Below, piece by piece: positions 51,090 through 64,000 of a DNA stretch of 64,000 nt. The stretch spans positions 3,410,001 to 3,474,000 of the forward strand of contig NC_081333.1 in the NCBI RefSeq assembly GCF_022539665.2. Reading direction: 5' to 3'. Numbering within the stretch: position 1 is the stretch's first letter; each line of letters begins with the position of its first letter. The notes beneath the pieces were generated by a model. The model saw only the letters and a program-made list of their open reading frames with translations, made no database searches and had not been told where the DNA came from. The translations under genes and the position numbers were made by a program. The DNA is from Daphnia carinata (lineage: Eukaryota).

Positions 51090-51864
51090 AACGAAAATTG
51101 GAATGTTTTTTCTACAAATTAATTTTCTTCGCTACGCAAGACTAAGCAACCTGGCTCACACGCACAACCAACGAGTATGACCGTACATGTTCGTCGAAAT
51201 CTGATAGCGCCACATGTAAGTTGGTTGCTTTCAAAACTGGTTAACGCAGCGATATGAAGCCCAAAAGTGAAACCGCTGTTTTGTTGGCGTCATTACAAGA
51301 GTGGGGCGTTTTTTAACTTCTGCGACCTGCTAAAATGTGTTAATCAGGCCATGGTCAGGTAAAAATACAACCGAATTGGCCCAGGTGAATAGGCGTATAG
51401 GCTTGACGAAGAAAGCTGACAAAGCTATCCTGTAAAAGTGTTTTGTGCACGACGCAAGACAATTCTCACGACGAAAAAGGAAAACAGTTGGTTATCAAAA
51501 GCAGAAATTTGCATTCTCAATAATTCTTCGATAAGCCCCCCGCCAAGTCGCTCTCACTCTCTCTCTCCCTTTGGGTCGAAATTATACTGACAATGCACAG
51601 ACGCCTGCAGGAAACACCTGGTTCAACACAAAATGTCATAGTTCTTCTAGTACACGATTGTACACCAAAAGGCCAACCCAACTCAACAGCTCATATTTTA
51701 CTTGGAACTTTGGGAATCTTGGAAGGGAAATCTCTTTTCTGCGAAGCATTTCCCGTGTTGGCACCGTCGCGTTACGCTGTCAACAGAGGATAGCAGACGA
51801 TGTTTGTCAAAAGACACGCTCGTTAATTTCAACAAAAGGATCAAGTATTTACGTTTTTCGCAAA

Positions 51865-52478
51865 ATGTTGCGGCTTACGGTGTGTTTGTATAATATATAA
51901 TAAGATCAGAGTTCTTCATCTTTAATTTTGTTAAATAGGCATCAATCACTAGTAGTAATATAATAGTACCTCAGTTGCGGCAGTTCCATGCAAGCGCTGT
52001 CTGTTGTAAACTCCAGTCAGGAAGGTACAAAATTACCCCTAAAAGAGACCGGCCTCTGACATATGAAATGGCCAATCCACCATATTACATAGCCCATAGG
52101 AAATCATGGAACTCCTGGGACACAAGTATGTAATTTAAAAAAGGGAAGATCAAGATTGCAAGTTCTATAATACTTTTTCCTGTTCTAGCTTCATTGCTGG
52201 ATGGACAAAGAGCAGCAGAAACTTCTGTAGAAGATGTGTTCATCAGACGATTCATGACAGGAACCTGGCATGATTTGTTCTGCTCTGAAATCATCATCAA
52301 GCGCCAGCACAACCTCATTCGGATAGCTGGCATTCTTAGACAGGGTATTCCTTCCAGAAAAATGTATTTTCTGATTGGATATAGTGAAGAATTACTGGCC
52401 AATTGGCTGCAATGTCCAGTGAAATTAGAATTGCAAACTGTTGAAAATAAGGAGGCTACCGTTTTCAAGCACATATAA
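51865..52478 (+). CDS. mRpS24: Mitochondrial ribosomal protein S24 (uS3m), 3 exons
   Basis: QSGRYKITPKRDRPLTYEMANPPHYIAHRKSWNSWDT, EDVFIRRFMTGTW, EIIIKRQHN and YFLIGYSEELLANWLQCPVKLELQT. Confidence 0.93.
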
Positions 52479-55400
52479 TTTCAAGTGCCAATAGTCATTT
52501 GTCCCAAATAAATACAAGAAAATGTAAAGACTGCTCACCTTCAGTACTTTTTAAAACGGAAAAAGTAAATAGTGTGTCCAGTAGTGAATAACCATGAGCT
52601 TTAAGAAGTGAGCCTACCTTCGTCATGCCGAGCCCGGGCGCGAAGAACACGTGTAACTAGGTAGGAGCTGAAAATGTTTTTTTGTTCTGATAAAAATCTG
52701 CCACCTTGAGCAGCAAGCACTATACACTAACACGTGTAGGATGAACAAAAAATAAACCAATTTACACATTACGTTGTTCCCTGGCTGCTTTAAAACGAAA
52801 CTGCATTTCTATGAAGGAGCAGCCGACGAACTTTGCTCTCATAAACATGGCGGGCAAGTTGTAATTCTTGCAGACTACTTTCCAAATGATTAATTTTTTT
52901 TTTTACTTATTGCAAATGTTAGGTATGCAAATCGATGTGTGTAGTTGACGTGAATAACTATTGACATCATAAGAAATAAAAATGCATGACACATATTTTT
53001 TTCGTTTACTCACATCCACTTTCCCGCTCCATCCCAATGGCAAAAAATACGGAAAAAAAATGAAAGATTTCCCCTCCCTTCGTACATCAGGCCCCATTCT
53101 TGAAGAACCGACAAGAAAACAGAAAAATTTGTAGTGTAAGGGCGAGTGGGAACCCAATCAATAAAGAAAATAGAACACATTGAACGATGCACATATCGCA
53201 GGTGATCAAACGCTACATTTACAGCCGAGAGAAATGAACATGTTTTTTTCGACACAAAAAAAAAGAGCTTTTTTAAATTTTCAATGATGGCTCGAAAAAA
53301 GAAAAAGTTGGAAAGGTGGGTCGGGGTAAAGATTCTATTTTTACGTTTTTAAAAAATGAAGGAAAATAAAATTTTAAAAAAGAAATCGGAGGAATTGGCT
53401 TTAGGATAAGGTGAAAGATGTTTGTATGTGTAAATGAAATGTACAGGAAACGGAATTCCGATATCCTTTTGGGGGATTTTTGTGATGATGTGCAGAAATC
53501 TTATTATTGTTTGTTTTTGTTTTTTATCTCAGTTTTCTTTTTTTCGGGTGGAGGACAGGAGGAAGAGTGTGTATACATTGAGGGCAAATTGTTTTTTTTT
53601 TTTTAAATTGGTGCGCATGTGACGATTTTTCTTTTCGTGAAAAAAAGTCGAGAAAAAACATGAAAAACGAAGTATACAATCTTTTTTCATCGTCAGCCCG
53701 TTTTCGTCTTTCACATTTTTTTTTTTTTTTTTGTACACTCGGCTGAGAAGGGATTTCAACTTTCCTCCATATCTTTCTCACTTCACACATGCACAGTGGA
53801 TGGTCATTTTAGATTTGACAAAAATTCTTTAAATTCATCCCGTTTTCAAATTCATTAGTCCCTCCCCTTGTCTTCCAAATCATTCACACACACACACATA
53901 CACACCCAAAACATGCATGGAGGGGAAAAGAAGTTTTTGTATGACACGATTTCATTCAAATTCCTTTCCTTTCTTTTGAAGCCCGGTATTGAATCTAAAT
54001 ATTACTCCTACAAAGAAAGCCAATTAAAATAATAATAATAATAAAAAATAAAATAAAATAAAATATTTTGAAAATTAAAAGCTATGGCGCTATCTGAGAG
54101 GCGAAATTTAAACCGAAAAAGATAAGAATGAAAAGGGAAAAAAAAAAAAAAATGTAAGAATGGATTGGCCGGAAATTCAATTCGAAAAGGTGAAGAAAAA
54201 TTTTGGTCCGAGGATCAGATGGGCAACGTGTCAAAAGTATAACCGGCCGGACCTTTCCTCTACACATACAAGAAAGATGTCGGCACGTAAATAGTAGAAG
54301 TTCATATACAATTTTGTCCGTTTCTTTTTTTTTTTTCTTTTTCTTTAACTCTTAAATTTGTTTTCTCTTTTTTTTTTATAAAAAATTATTAAGTAACTTT
54401 TTTTCTATTTTTTTTTTTTTTGTGTTAGCAGTCATGACCTTATAGAGAGGGATAGAAAGAGAGAGAAAAAAAAAGCTTGAGATCCTGAGCTCTGGCTTCA
54501 TTTTGTTTGTTTTTTTCGTAATCCGGTTTTGCGATGAAATTTGAATGAACGTGTTTGTTTTCAGTGATAGTGTGTACGTAAAAAAAAAAAAAAAAAAAAG
54601 GGGGACAGTACGTACAAAAATTTCGTTTTTGCAAGCACCGATTAAAACGAACGCAAAAGAAAAATAATCACGAATAAACACAAGCAAAAAGAAATGGTAG
54701 ATTGCGGGATGAACTAAACGCACGCACACTTGCACTCTTCGACGAAAACACTCGGATACTACTGTACGGAACGTTATAAAAACTTTTGTTTTCAATTATC
54801 TTTTCTCTTTTTTTTTTTTTTTTTCTTTTTTTCTTTCAAATTTGAGTTTTCTTTTAAAGGTTCCCATGCTGATCCCGGAGAGAAGGTCATTTTTTTTTAA
54901 GGTTCACATCTAATAATCTTTTTTTGTTTGTCTCAAATTATGGTAAATAATTTGAGAGAAAGTTTAGAGTTTTAAAGAGAGGCATTCCATCTTCGACCAG
55001 GTGTAGAGAGATAGAATGGAAGGAAGTTTAAATTCTGCTAGTTTTTCTTTTTTTTCTTTCGTTACTGGTAAAAAATGAGACGAAGGTTAGAGCACGAGGA
55101 TGAGAGGTTAGAAGAGAGGAAGAACTCGGACTGGGCGACTGAAACCTAGATGTACAAGAGAGGGGAGGAGAGGTTAAAATCAACCACAAAGAAAAAAAAA
55201 ATGAAGAAACACAAAGGAAGTCGTGTGAAAAAGAAGGAGGGAGAAAAAAAAAAAAAAAAAAAAAAGAATCCTGATGGTATAAAGATGGATGAAAAACGAC
55301 CAATGAAGTGGGAAGGAAATGGATACGAGAACCGAACGCGATACCACGAATCTGTTTGCAAACTATTTAAGAAAAGACAAAAAAAAATTATAAAGAAGGG

Positions 55401-55510
55401 GAAAAAAAAACAGTTTTTTTTTGTTGAGGTCCACCAGTTATAAGTCAGGTTCTTTTTTTTTTTTTTGTTTTTTTGTTTTTTTGTTGTTGTTGTTGTTGTG
55501 ACGCTAGGGG

Positions 55511-56601
55511 CTACCGCCTAGGAATGAAGCCGTTGGAGCCCAGGCCGGAATAGGTCGGCGACATTTCCAACTCCACCAACAGCGAGAAATGATCTGCTAT
55601 CGAAATAAAATTATCGTTAAAAACAGAAAAACACAAACTAAAAAATAATCGAACGACTATCAAATAATAAAAAAAAAAAAATAAAAAAAAAAAATGAATT
55701 TTTGGAACCTGATGGAATATCACGGTGGGGACAGCCGAGGACTTTGTTCTCTCTAAACCACTCGGCGTCGACTGGGCCTAGCAAGCCCAGTGGCACCATC
55801 GTGTTCTTGCTGTAAAAGATGTAGTCGATGAGGCCCTTGAAGTCGTACGTGTAGTTGCTGTACGGCATCACGTCCGTCGTGTAGGCCGTCGCCATGCGGA
55901 AGGGGTGGGTAAACTCGTTGCTCTTCTCCGAGAATGGCGCAATCTTCTGCAGGCACGACTTGTAACCCAGCTCTTTAAAATCCGGATGGTTGGCGGCGAT
56001 GCGCGACGAGTTGAGGAACTCGATCACGCCGGAATCGAGCAGCGAGTTGAAATCACCGCAGAGGAGCAGTTGCGTGTGCGACGGATCGGCTTTGTGGCCG
56101 GGCCGGAACGAATGGCCTACCGCATCCTGCGTTAGCTGCTTCAACTGTTCGGGGCAATTTCCAAAAAAAACGAAAAATCAAAAAAAAAACGAAAAATCAA
56201 AGTCATCCAACCCATTTGCAGTTTTAAATAAATAACTCGAAATCTCTTTTAACTTCATTCATCAGCATCATGGTCTGCACTAGTTTGACGTCACAGTACT
56301 GCGGATCCCAGTGGATGTGCGCCGTGCACACCAGCAGCGGCTGGTGAATCTGTGACGGATCCGGCCGGATCCCGTTACTCCATGCAGCCTCTTTCGTTTC
56401 GAGCAACGCTGCCAAACCGATGTTGTCTTTGGTCATGACACGATTCAACATATCATCCGATCCCTCGGCGTTGGCCAGCGCTAATTGGTTGAACTCAATC
56501 AGGTGTTCGTACACCATCGAAAACCTGTTTTTTTTTATAGTTTTTTTTTTTTAAACAAAACAAATTAAATCAAACACAGGAAAATAATAATAAAAAAAAA
56601 A

Positions 56602-56633
<32 letters not shown>

Positions 56634-57341
56634 TGAGATTCGTCATCGTAGCGGGGATCCCAATTGCGTCATTTGTGTGTGTGGATGATTCATTGATTCA
56701 CTTTGCCGTGCGGTAAAAGATGGCGCAACCGTCGACGTAGCGCCGGTCGCTTTCGGCCATCGTTTTGGCGCGTGATTTTGGCGAAAAGATGCCATCGTAG
56801 CCGTCACGCTTCAACTCGGGCAGGAAGTAATTGTAAAACTGTTCCGTCTCCACCTCCTGTTACATAAGAACAAAGGCGAAAAACAAAAAATAAAACCAAA
56901 TCAATCAGAACTTTCCGCTTTCTCTTTTTCTTTTCACGATGACGGACCGCAAGACTGGAACGCTAGAAAAGACCTGGAGGCTGATGATGTCGGCCGAGTA
57001 GTGTCGGATCTCCTCAAGAATGCTTTTACGCCGGTATTCCCACTTGAGCACCCAACTTGGACAGTAACCGTACATTTGCCTGGTGGCGTACTTGTCGCAC
57101 AGCACGTTGTAGCACATCACCGTAAAGATGCCTACAAATGCATATTTTTAAAAATAAACGAACATTTCATTTCTATTTTTTTCTTCGATTTTGAATTAAA
57201 AAAAAAAAAAAAAAATACATAAATAGTAAGTCGTCATGAGAGCAATGCGATGACGTTGCAAAATGAACTTACAAGTTGGCCGGTTTCGGTCGGGATGACC
57301 CAGCGGGATCCACGGTCTCATCGGCGGTAGGGGTGCCGTGA
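55511..57341 (-). CDS. CNOT6: CCR4-NOT deadenylase CCR4/CNOT6 (twin), EEP nuclease exons; the LRR-coding 5' exons are not in the window
   Basis: PPMRPWI, FTVMCYNVLCDKYATRQMYGYCP, SLQEVETEQFY, HIHWDPQYCDVKLVQ, LCGDFNS, NYTYDFKGLIDYIFY and PSDHFSL. Confidence 0.95.
56604..56632. repeat. (TG)n microsatellite in a CCR4 intron
   Basis: Direct observation. Confidence 0.9.
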
Positions 57342-58078
57342 CTAGACACAAAAAAAAAAAACAAAAAACGAAAATCAGAAACATAAAAAAAAACCGTAAG
57401 AAAACCGATTTACATTTTATCTTGTAAATAAAAGGATTCACCATCAAACAAGGCCCAACATTCTTTAGCGTTTCCAATAAGGACATACCGTATACTCTCG
57501 TAGGACTTGGGTAACGTGAAACGTGATTAATCACTCAGTTAGTTAACCATCAATAGTTGGATATAATCAAACGAAATTGGGATCGAATCCGGTTACGCTT
57601 TTGCGATCATCATTTCTTTCCAACGTCCAACGAAAAAAAGATGATGAAAAGGCAGTTTTTAATTTGAACGAGCTCATCATCTCTCGTTCGAATTTCGAAA
57701 CAAAGAGAAGCCCACGGAGGAGATACCGTTTCAAATGCGAAGGGACCGGTCCATCTCAAAAACAAAACTGGAATAACCGACACATACACACACACACACA
57801 CACACACAATTCTCTCACGCACGATTGACTTTTGAATTTGTCTGCCTACAACGGCTGGACGGATGATGTCATGGCCGACTTTGCGTTCGAAATTGAAGAC
57901 ACCGAGGCGAACCAGACAAAAAGGGTCTGTGACCTCTTCCCTTAAACAAAATGGGTCATCATCTAGCTGCTCCAACACACTCCTTCTACCCCAAAAAAGA
58001 ACGATGCACCCCCTTCAATCTCTCAAACAGATTGCCCTGCATACTATTATCTCCTCTCTTTCAAAGCCATCCCTCCAC

Positions 58079-58109
<31 letters not shown>

Positions 58110-60818
58110 AATTCAATGGGCAAGGCGAAGCCTTGAAATCAAATTAGAACGAAACACACATTTTCAAATATCGCACGAAAACAACAAAATGAGACCGTCA
58201 ACAGATTACGAGGATTATCGAAATGTTTTGTCGACGCCACAGACCGATTGTATTCCGGACAAATAGGGTCGTCTACCAAACTCACGCTGTTTTTGGCCTA
58301 CTGTGTCAGTGTCCTACATATTTCCCTTCCCCCCCCCCCCTTGTTTCTTTTTTTTGTAGGTTGACTCCGCTCAAGCGCATGTACACATTGGTCCGTGTCT
58401 GTCTCGCGTCCTACTACCGACACACACACCTACCTTTCGGGGCTAACGCAGGTAAACGGGAAAAAAAAAAAAAAAACATTTTTGCTGAATGGCTCAACAT
58501 GTACAAACAGGGAAGAAGTCTCCATCGCCCCCCCCCCCCCCCGTCACAAAAATGTGGACGATAGCCTCAAGGCCGTCCACTGTTTGTTTCTTTAACACAT
58601 TCTTTCGTTTCTCTCTGGAAAAAAAAAAAGAGCCAACAAAACGCGAGACGAATGGCGTGAATACCCCGTTAAAAGCAGACGCACATGGCTTTCACACAAA
58701 CTGTCAATACCGAACGAATGTCACGCTAGTTTACGAAGCGCAAACAGTTTCTTTTTCATATTTTCCTCTGGTAACAAAAAAAAAAAAACAGTTTAGAATA
58801 AAAGAAGAATTTTGTCGGACCATTTTTTTAATGAAACGAACGTAACGGGTCGACCGGAAAAAGGGGGAAAGGGAACATCAGGTGGGTAGGACCTTACACA
58901 ACACGTCATCTTTTTCTCGGTCAAACAAGAAAAAAAAAACGGGTGCGAAAAACAAAAATGCGTGATTCAACATTCCCCGAAAAAGAAACAACAACATGGA
59001 GGGCAGAAGAAGAAGGAAGGGGAAAGAAAAAATACACCGTTACGAACCGACGACCTTTGATCCGTCCCCGCCCTAAACCGTCACAACACCATTCTTTCCC
59101 GTGAGGCTGCCTCTTTTTTTATTTACTTCCTAGCACCGGGAGATTGACCTCATTTTTGCCTTCGTCTTCTTCCTTATTCAAATCTTGAATAAACCCTCCC
59201 ACCACCAACGACCGGACGACTTATCTGTTATTTTTCTGGCAAAACAGTTAACGGGTTATGGATACAGAAATCCCTTCCGTCTTGGACGATCGAAGGCTGC
59301 ATTTAAGGCTTAACATGAAAAATAAATAAATCATATTAAACGGAATAAGACATTTAAAAGGGAAAAGTATATCATTGTTTCCTGGATGGCAAAAAAAAAA
59401 AATGCGCGTCTTAAATGGAACCGATTGGCCATACCGGAAAGAGAGAAAAACAATTTTTCATGCCCGTTACTTTTTGTTTACGTTGAAGTCAAAAAGGCAA
59501 AACGAACGGAGTAGAAGAAAAAAAAAACAAACGGTTGATTCTGACTGATCGGGAAAGAAAGCGGCATTTTTTTTGTGTGTGTGTAGACAGTTCGGTTAGG
59601 TCGGAACAAGGCGAACCGTAACGGCAAAAAAAAAAAAAAAGAAAAAAAAATTAAGTATCCATAATAATTCAACCTCTTAAGTGGTCCGACCTTCTTTTCA
59701 CCCATTTTCCTTCTCCCCCCCCCCACAAACGGACTGGGACCTTCCCCAAACGTCACGAGGTGTTGTACACAAACGTATGTGTTCACGTATCCCAAAAGCT
59801 CTAACGGTTCTATCCGTTAGCTTCGCGTCTTCTTTTAGTTCTAACAGTTCCAACCTACTCAAAAAAAAACGGGTGCCATGAAATGATGGAACACGAATCG
59901 CGTCTACCGTCAGCGTCACGAATCAAATGGACCCAACAGAAAAAAAACAAGAGCAACACAAAGAAAAACCTGTCCACCTTTTACTCATCGCGCTCGCTTG
60001 GCCCCATTTACTACCGACAATCAAAAAAAAAGCCATCGCGTTCACAAGGCGTGAACGATGATTTTCGCCCAGTTCGCATTCCTTTATATCATTTTTAGCT
60101 CTTACAGTTTCTCACCATCCAAACTGTTGGTCAGCATTTTATGACGTGTAAAATAACATTTAAAAAAAAAAAAGAAGATGAGTGCCGGTTGAGCAACGAC
60201 GCCAACGTTCTACTGACCGAGCGGCGTCCACCCGTCCATTTTAGCACGCGGGAGTATAAAACGTAACGATAGAAAAAAAAAAACGAAGAAGAGATCGGTT
60301 AGACCGCATTAATACCACGCCAAAAAAATTCCGGATGCAAGTTTAATAATGCGTGAAAAAAAAAAAAAAATAAAGGAAGAGACGTAACAGACGTGAATAA
60401 AGAACGAAAGAGAAATGTAGGTCACCCCCTTTTTTTTTCTTCTTTTTTGCTTCACGTCAAATAAAAACAGATGCGCGCTAAAAGAATTGCACGAGTACTA
60501 CTTTGACTAGATAAAATTCGTGGCCTCAATTTAAACGAACAAAGAGCTGATGACACAGACACGCATTTTTTTTTTCTCCCCCCCATCTTTCGATTTGAAT
60601 TCGCCTTATCGTTCTCTCTCGGAGAACGTGGATATGGTTTTAAACGAGATATCACGAACGGTTTCATGGAACGAAATGCCTCGAGTATCATCGATACTTG
60701 TAGAGAGATACAGTAGGAAAGAAAAAAAAAACTAGGCAGCGACCTCCCATCGGCGAGATGTAACGGCACCTCCCGATGACCTACAATCCGCCCGGCTTGC
60801 CTGCGTGCCCGTGTCTTA

Positions 60819-60823
<5 letters not shown>

Positions 60824-60862
<39 letters not shown>
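60824..60862. repeat. (TG)n microsatellite
   Basis: Direct observation. Confidence 0.9.
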
Positions 60863-60864
<2 letters not shown>

Positions 60865-62154
60865 CTCTATATGCGCACCTGGTTTTTTTTTTTCAAAGAG
60901 AGAGACATTCCGTTTTCGAGCTCATGTATGTGTGCACAGGCGCATAAAGTGCACGGCATTTTCTATTTAAACTCCCATTCGGGGAGGCCGATGGTTCGGC
61001 TTCAGTTAACCGGAGGAGGAGCCTCTTGCGTTTGGAAATGGTAGAAACAAAATTACATAACTCCCCCCCCCACCCTCAAAAAAAAAAATGAATAGGGAAA
61101 ACAAAAAAAAACCGTTTGTTTTGTTGTTTCTTTCTTGTCTTAATAGACTGCCATGTCCCCCCCCCCCTGCAGAAAAAACCACCGCAATATTCAGAAGACA
61201 AACTTTGCCGTTGAAATCATTAAAAAGGAAATAATAATAATAAAAGAAAAGAAAAAAAAAAAAGTAACAGATCAGCCCCTTCATGTCCGTTACGCTCGGA
61301 ATCGAAACGGGTGTTTAGCTCTTTTTTTTACCGTCTCGATCCGCGCCCGTTCGCGAGCCACACAAAAAAACACAACGGGCCACTCTTGTGACGTTCAAAA
61401 AAAAAAATGTTTTCTTTTTAAACCGTAGTTTCTGTTTGTTTGTTATTTAACAAAAAAAGAACGTTTATAATAACGTAACATCTCTTTTTTCTGTATTAGG
61501 TTTCCTGCCGTTTCTCACTCGATTGGGTTACCAGAATTTGTCGAAACGGGCAGGCCAAAAAGAAAACAACACGGCAGACATTCGAGACTCACAACAACAA
61601 CACGCGGCACAGAACGGACAAACCAGCCAACCAAACCAACGACGAGAAAAAAAAAAGGGGCAAGTCAACGATGATGTCACCGATATTTTTATTAATATTA
61701 GAATTAAAGTGGGTCAGTCGCAACCGATACGGTTTCCCGAGCCAAACACAAAAAAAACACGCGTAAGGGCAAAACAAAAACAAAACAACCCCATTAAATG
61801 TTTCTCTTTTAATTTTCCAAAATATAGCACATTCCATCTATTTGCCGACCCCTATCTCCAAAATTAATCGTCACATCCATCTCCTATAAATCTTTTATCT
61901 CGTTTTAAGCAAGAAATTTCCCCCGTAAAAAAGCAATAATCAAAACAGAGAAAAAGGATTTTAAACCCCGCAAAAATCGAGTCCGAATTTGTTTGTTTTT
62001 TCCGACAACTCCAAAAGATTTAGAAAATTTTTGAAAAAAATTATTTTTTTTCTCCTGCCACCCATTTAGAAAATCAGTTAAAGACCACCGCAAAAAAAAA
62101 AAAAGGAGCAAAAAAGGGGAAAAAAATTTCGCGCCAGACACCCAGATAAATGAT

Positions 62155-63777
62155 CTAACGGGGGAAATCGGGAGAAGAAGCTGAACGTTCGCGATTGTTG
62201 TTGTGCTGTTGTTCCGGTTTTACTACTCCCAACTCTTCTGTTGTTGCGGCGGCATTAGCCTGGGCGGTCGAGGAGAAGAAACGGATTTCTATGTCGCGAT
62301 GGCCGTTAAACGGCGAAGCGATGAGTTGACTCGAGACTTGAAGGTAATGGCCCAGCGGTGGTGGCGTTTCCAGCTGCAATTGCAAATCGTTCGTCTGCTG
62401 TTGTTGTTGCTCCTCTTCTTCCAGCTGATAGTGTTGGCTTTGTTGATGATGGTGCACCAATTCCGGCATGCCGGCATTCAAAAAGGAGGACGGCGGCAAA
62501 TCCAAATATGGAACAGACGGCTGATGATACTGGCCACTACGGTGGCGATCGGGCCGACGAATCACGCGCTGATCTGGCCAGCACGACGATGATGAAGGCG
62601 ACGGATTTCCGCTTCCGCAAGGCGACCAGACGGGAGATAACGAATGCCAACAACCCGAGCTCCAAATATCTTCTTCTCCGCACGACTGACCGGGCCACAA
62701 TGGCGGACTTTGCGCGGACGGAAGGATAGAATTATCCGTGCTGATAGCAGACGACGATGTCGTGCTACTACTACTGCTGCTGCCACCAGAGTTCGTTTTG
62801 GACGCAGAGAGACTCGTGTGCCGAAACAGTTCGGCTAGCGAATCGACCTGATTCGAAAGCAAGTCGTCCAATTGGGACAGGGCAGATGATGATGCAGTCA
62901 AATCATGCGATCCGCCATTGGCCAGGCCTTTGGCGAGCCTTTGGGGATGAAGCAAGAGTGACGACGTCTCCTGACCTGGTTTCTTCCTGCGCTTGCGCGG
63001 CTTGATAATTCGCGGCAGACTCGACTCGGATCCTCCCGACGCCAAACCCTCGTCACTCGTCACGCTGCACGTGTCGCTAGACGGACAGCCCGATGACGAG
63101 CTAGCGTCCCCATTTTCAACTGACGTCACTTCGGACGTCGCAAGCGGAGAGCGTTGGGACACCATGGCGGGGAGGGGTGACGGAGGTGCCGTCGATGTCA
63201 GAGGCATCGTGGGATGGTGATAAACTATTGGCCGCCTGGCCGCAACCACCGATGAGCCGTGCACGCCAGCCGACATGTTCTTCTTGTGGTAGGACATCGA
63301 TTGTTGTTGTTGCTGTTGTTGCTGCTGACGCGGTACGCGAATCAGAGGCGCTCCTTGTAAATGACTTGAATGCGGTGCGTAGCCTTCCATCGACACTGCA
63401 TTGGCCGGATGCATCATCGGCGCTGGCAAATAGACGGGCGGCGGATGCCAATTCTTGTTCACACCACAACCACCACCACCACCGCCTCCTCCGTTCTTCG
63501 TTTTGCGGATCGAAGCCGCCATCGACAAAAGTGGGGCTCCGGCCCAGTTACGCGGATCATTGATCGGCAATTGGGGGTAATGGTGATGGTGATGAGCGAG
63601 AGCGCCATTATTGTTTGCGTTGGCCGTCGCGTGTTTGCTGTCGCAATCGGTAACAGTTGACGACGAACACGACGTATCGTTCGCAACGCCAGGACGCGGC
63701 TTGGGTTTGGGACGGACAGCCGTCGTGATCAGACACGGCCCCGTGTACCGCTCCACGTCGACCGTGCCCATCTTCAT
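62155..63777 (-). CDS. Intronless ~540-aa low-complexity protein of unknown function, probably nested in a CCR4 intron
   Basis: A 1.6-kb stop-free, GC-rich ORF set in homopolymer-rich non-coding DNA. Its repeats are trinucleotide (poly-Q/G/H/S), and it carries an NLS-like LPRIIKPRKRRKK. Confidence 0.65.
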   Translation of the reverse strand: MKMGTVDVERYTGPCLITTAVRPKPKPRPGVANDTSCSSSTVTDCDSKHATANANNNGALAHHHHHYPQLPINDPRNWAGAPLLSMAASIRKTKNGGGGGGGGCGVNKNWHPPPVYLPAPMMHPANAVSMEGYAPHSSHLQGAPLIRVPRQQQQQQQQQSMSYHKKNMSAGVHGSSVVAARRPIVYHHPTMPLTSTAPPSPLPAMVSQRSPLATSEVTSVENGDASSSSGCPSSDTCSVTSDEGLASGGSESSLPRIIKPRKRRKKPGQETSSLLLHPQRLAKGLANGGSHDLTASSSALSQLDDLLSNQVDSLAELFRHTSLSASKTNSGGSSSSSSTTSSSAISTDNSILPSAQSPPLWPGQSCGEEDIWSSGCWHSLSPVWSPCGSGNPSPSSSSCWPDQRVIRRPDRHRSGQYHQPSVPYLDLPPSSFLNAGMPELVHHHQQSQHYQLEEEEQQQQQTNDLQLQLETPPPLGHYLQVSSQLIASPFNGHRDIEIRFFSSTAQANAAATTEELGVVKPEQQHNNNRERSASSPDFPR

Positions 63778-64000
63778 CGATGAAGAAGACACGACGACAG
63801 TTTACGTCTCCAGCACAAAAACTCGGTTTGAAAAAGAAAAAAAAATCCGATGTCTCCTTCAGCACGTGGTCAAGACAGACACACACACAAAGAGAATAGT
63901 GATAGCGCTTTAAAGAAATGGGGTAACGGACTGCCCTTTCAGAGTGTTTAAATAGCCCAAACGGCAGCAGCAGCAGCCAAAGGACCCGTCGTGGTCGGCA

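Noticed and set aside
52900..62141. Numerous short F/K-rich ORFs outside the CCR4 exons
   Set aside because: Artefacts of poly-A/T runs in UTR and intron sequence.

Overview
Gene-dense, AT-rich eukaryotic (arthropod) genomic DNA with many ~60-70 nt GT-AG introns; the style resembles a branchiopod crustacean such as Daphnia (inference). In order, the window holds: a partial BTB gene, RNPC3 (U11/U12-65K), NELF-C/D, mRpL22, EF-hand nicotinamidase, PRPS, Red/IK, a ZNF106-like WD40 protein, RPUSD4-like, three identical tRNA-Val(AAC) genes, five dispersed paralogs of a small Cys-motif multi-pass membrane protein, an AidB/acdh-11-type acyl-CoA dehydrogenase, Prp8, a C19orf12-like gene, a caspase-8/Dredd-like gene, mRpS24, the 3' half of CCR4/CNOT6, and an intronless ~540-aa ORF probably nested in a CCR4 intron. 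The most interesting signals are not visible in the ORF track. (1) Two paralogous box C/D RNAs lie in consecutive Prp8 introns; their D' guide is complementary to U6 snRNA (predicted Cm62, SNORD94-like) and their internal hairpins covary. (2) A candidate H/ACA RNA lies in a third Prp8 intron. (3) IK has a 60-nt U12-type intron. (4) PRPS has a 15-nt microexon and a 108-nt exon only 47 nt apart, suggesting mutually exclusive splicing. All gene identities come from recognising protein motifs by eye; no searches were run. CDS coordinates span start codon to stop codon, introns included.
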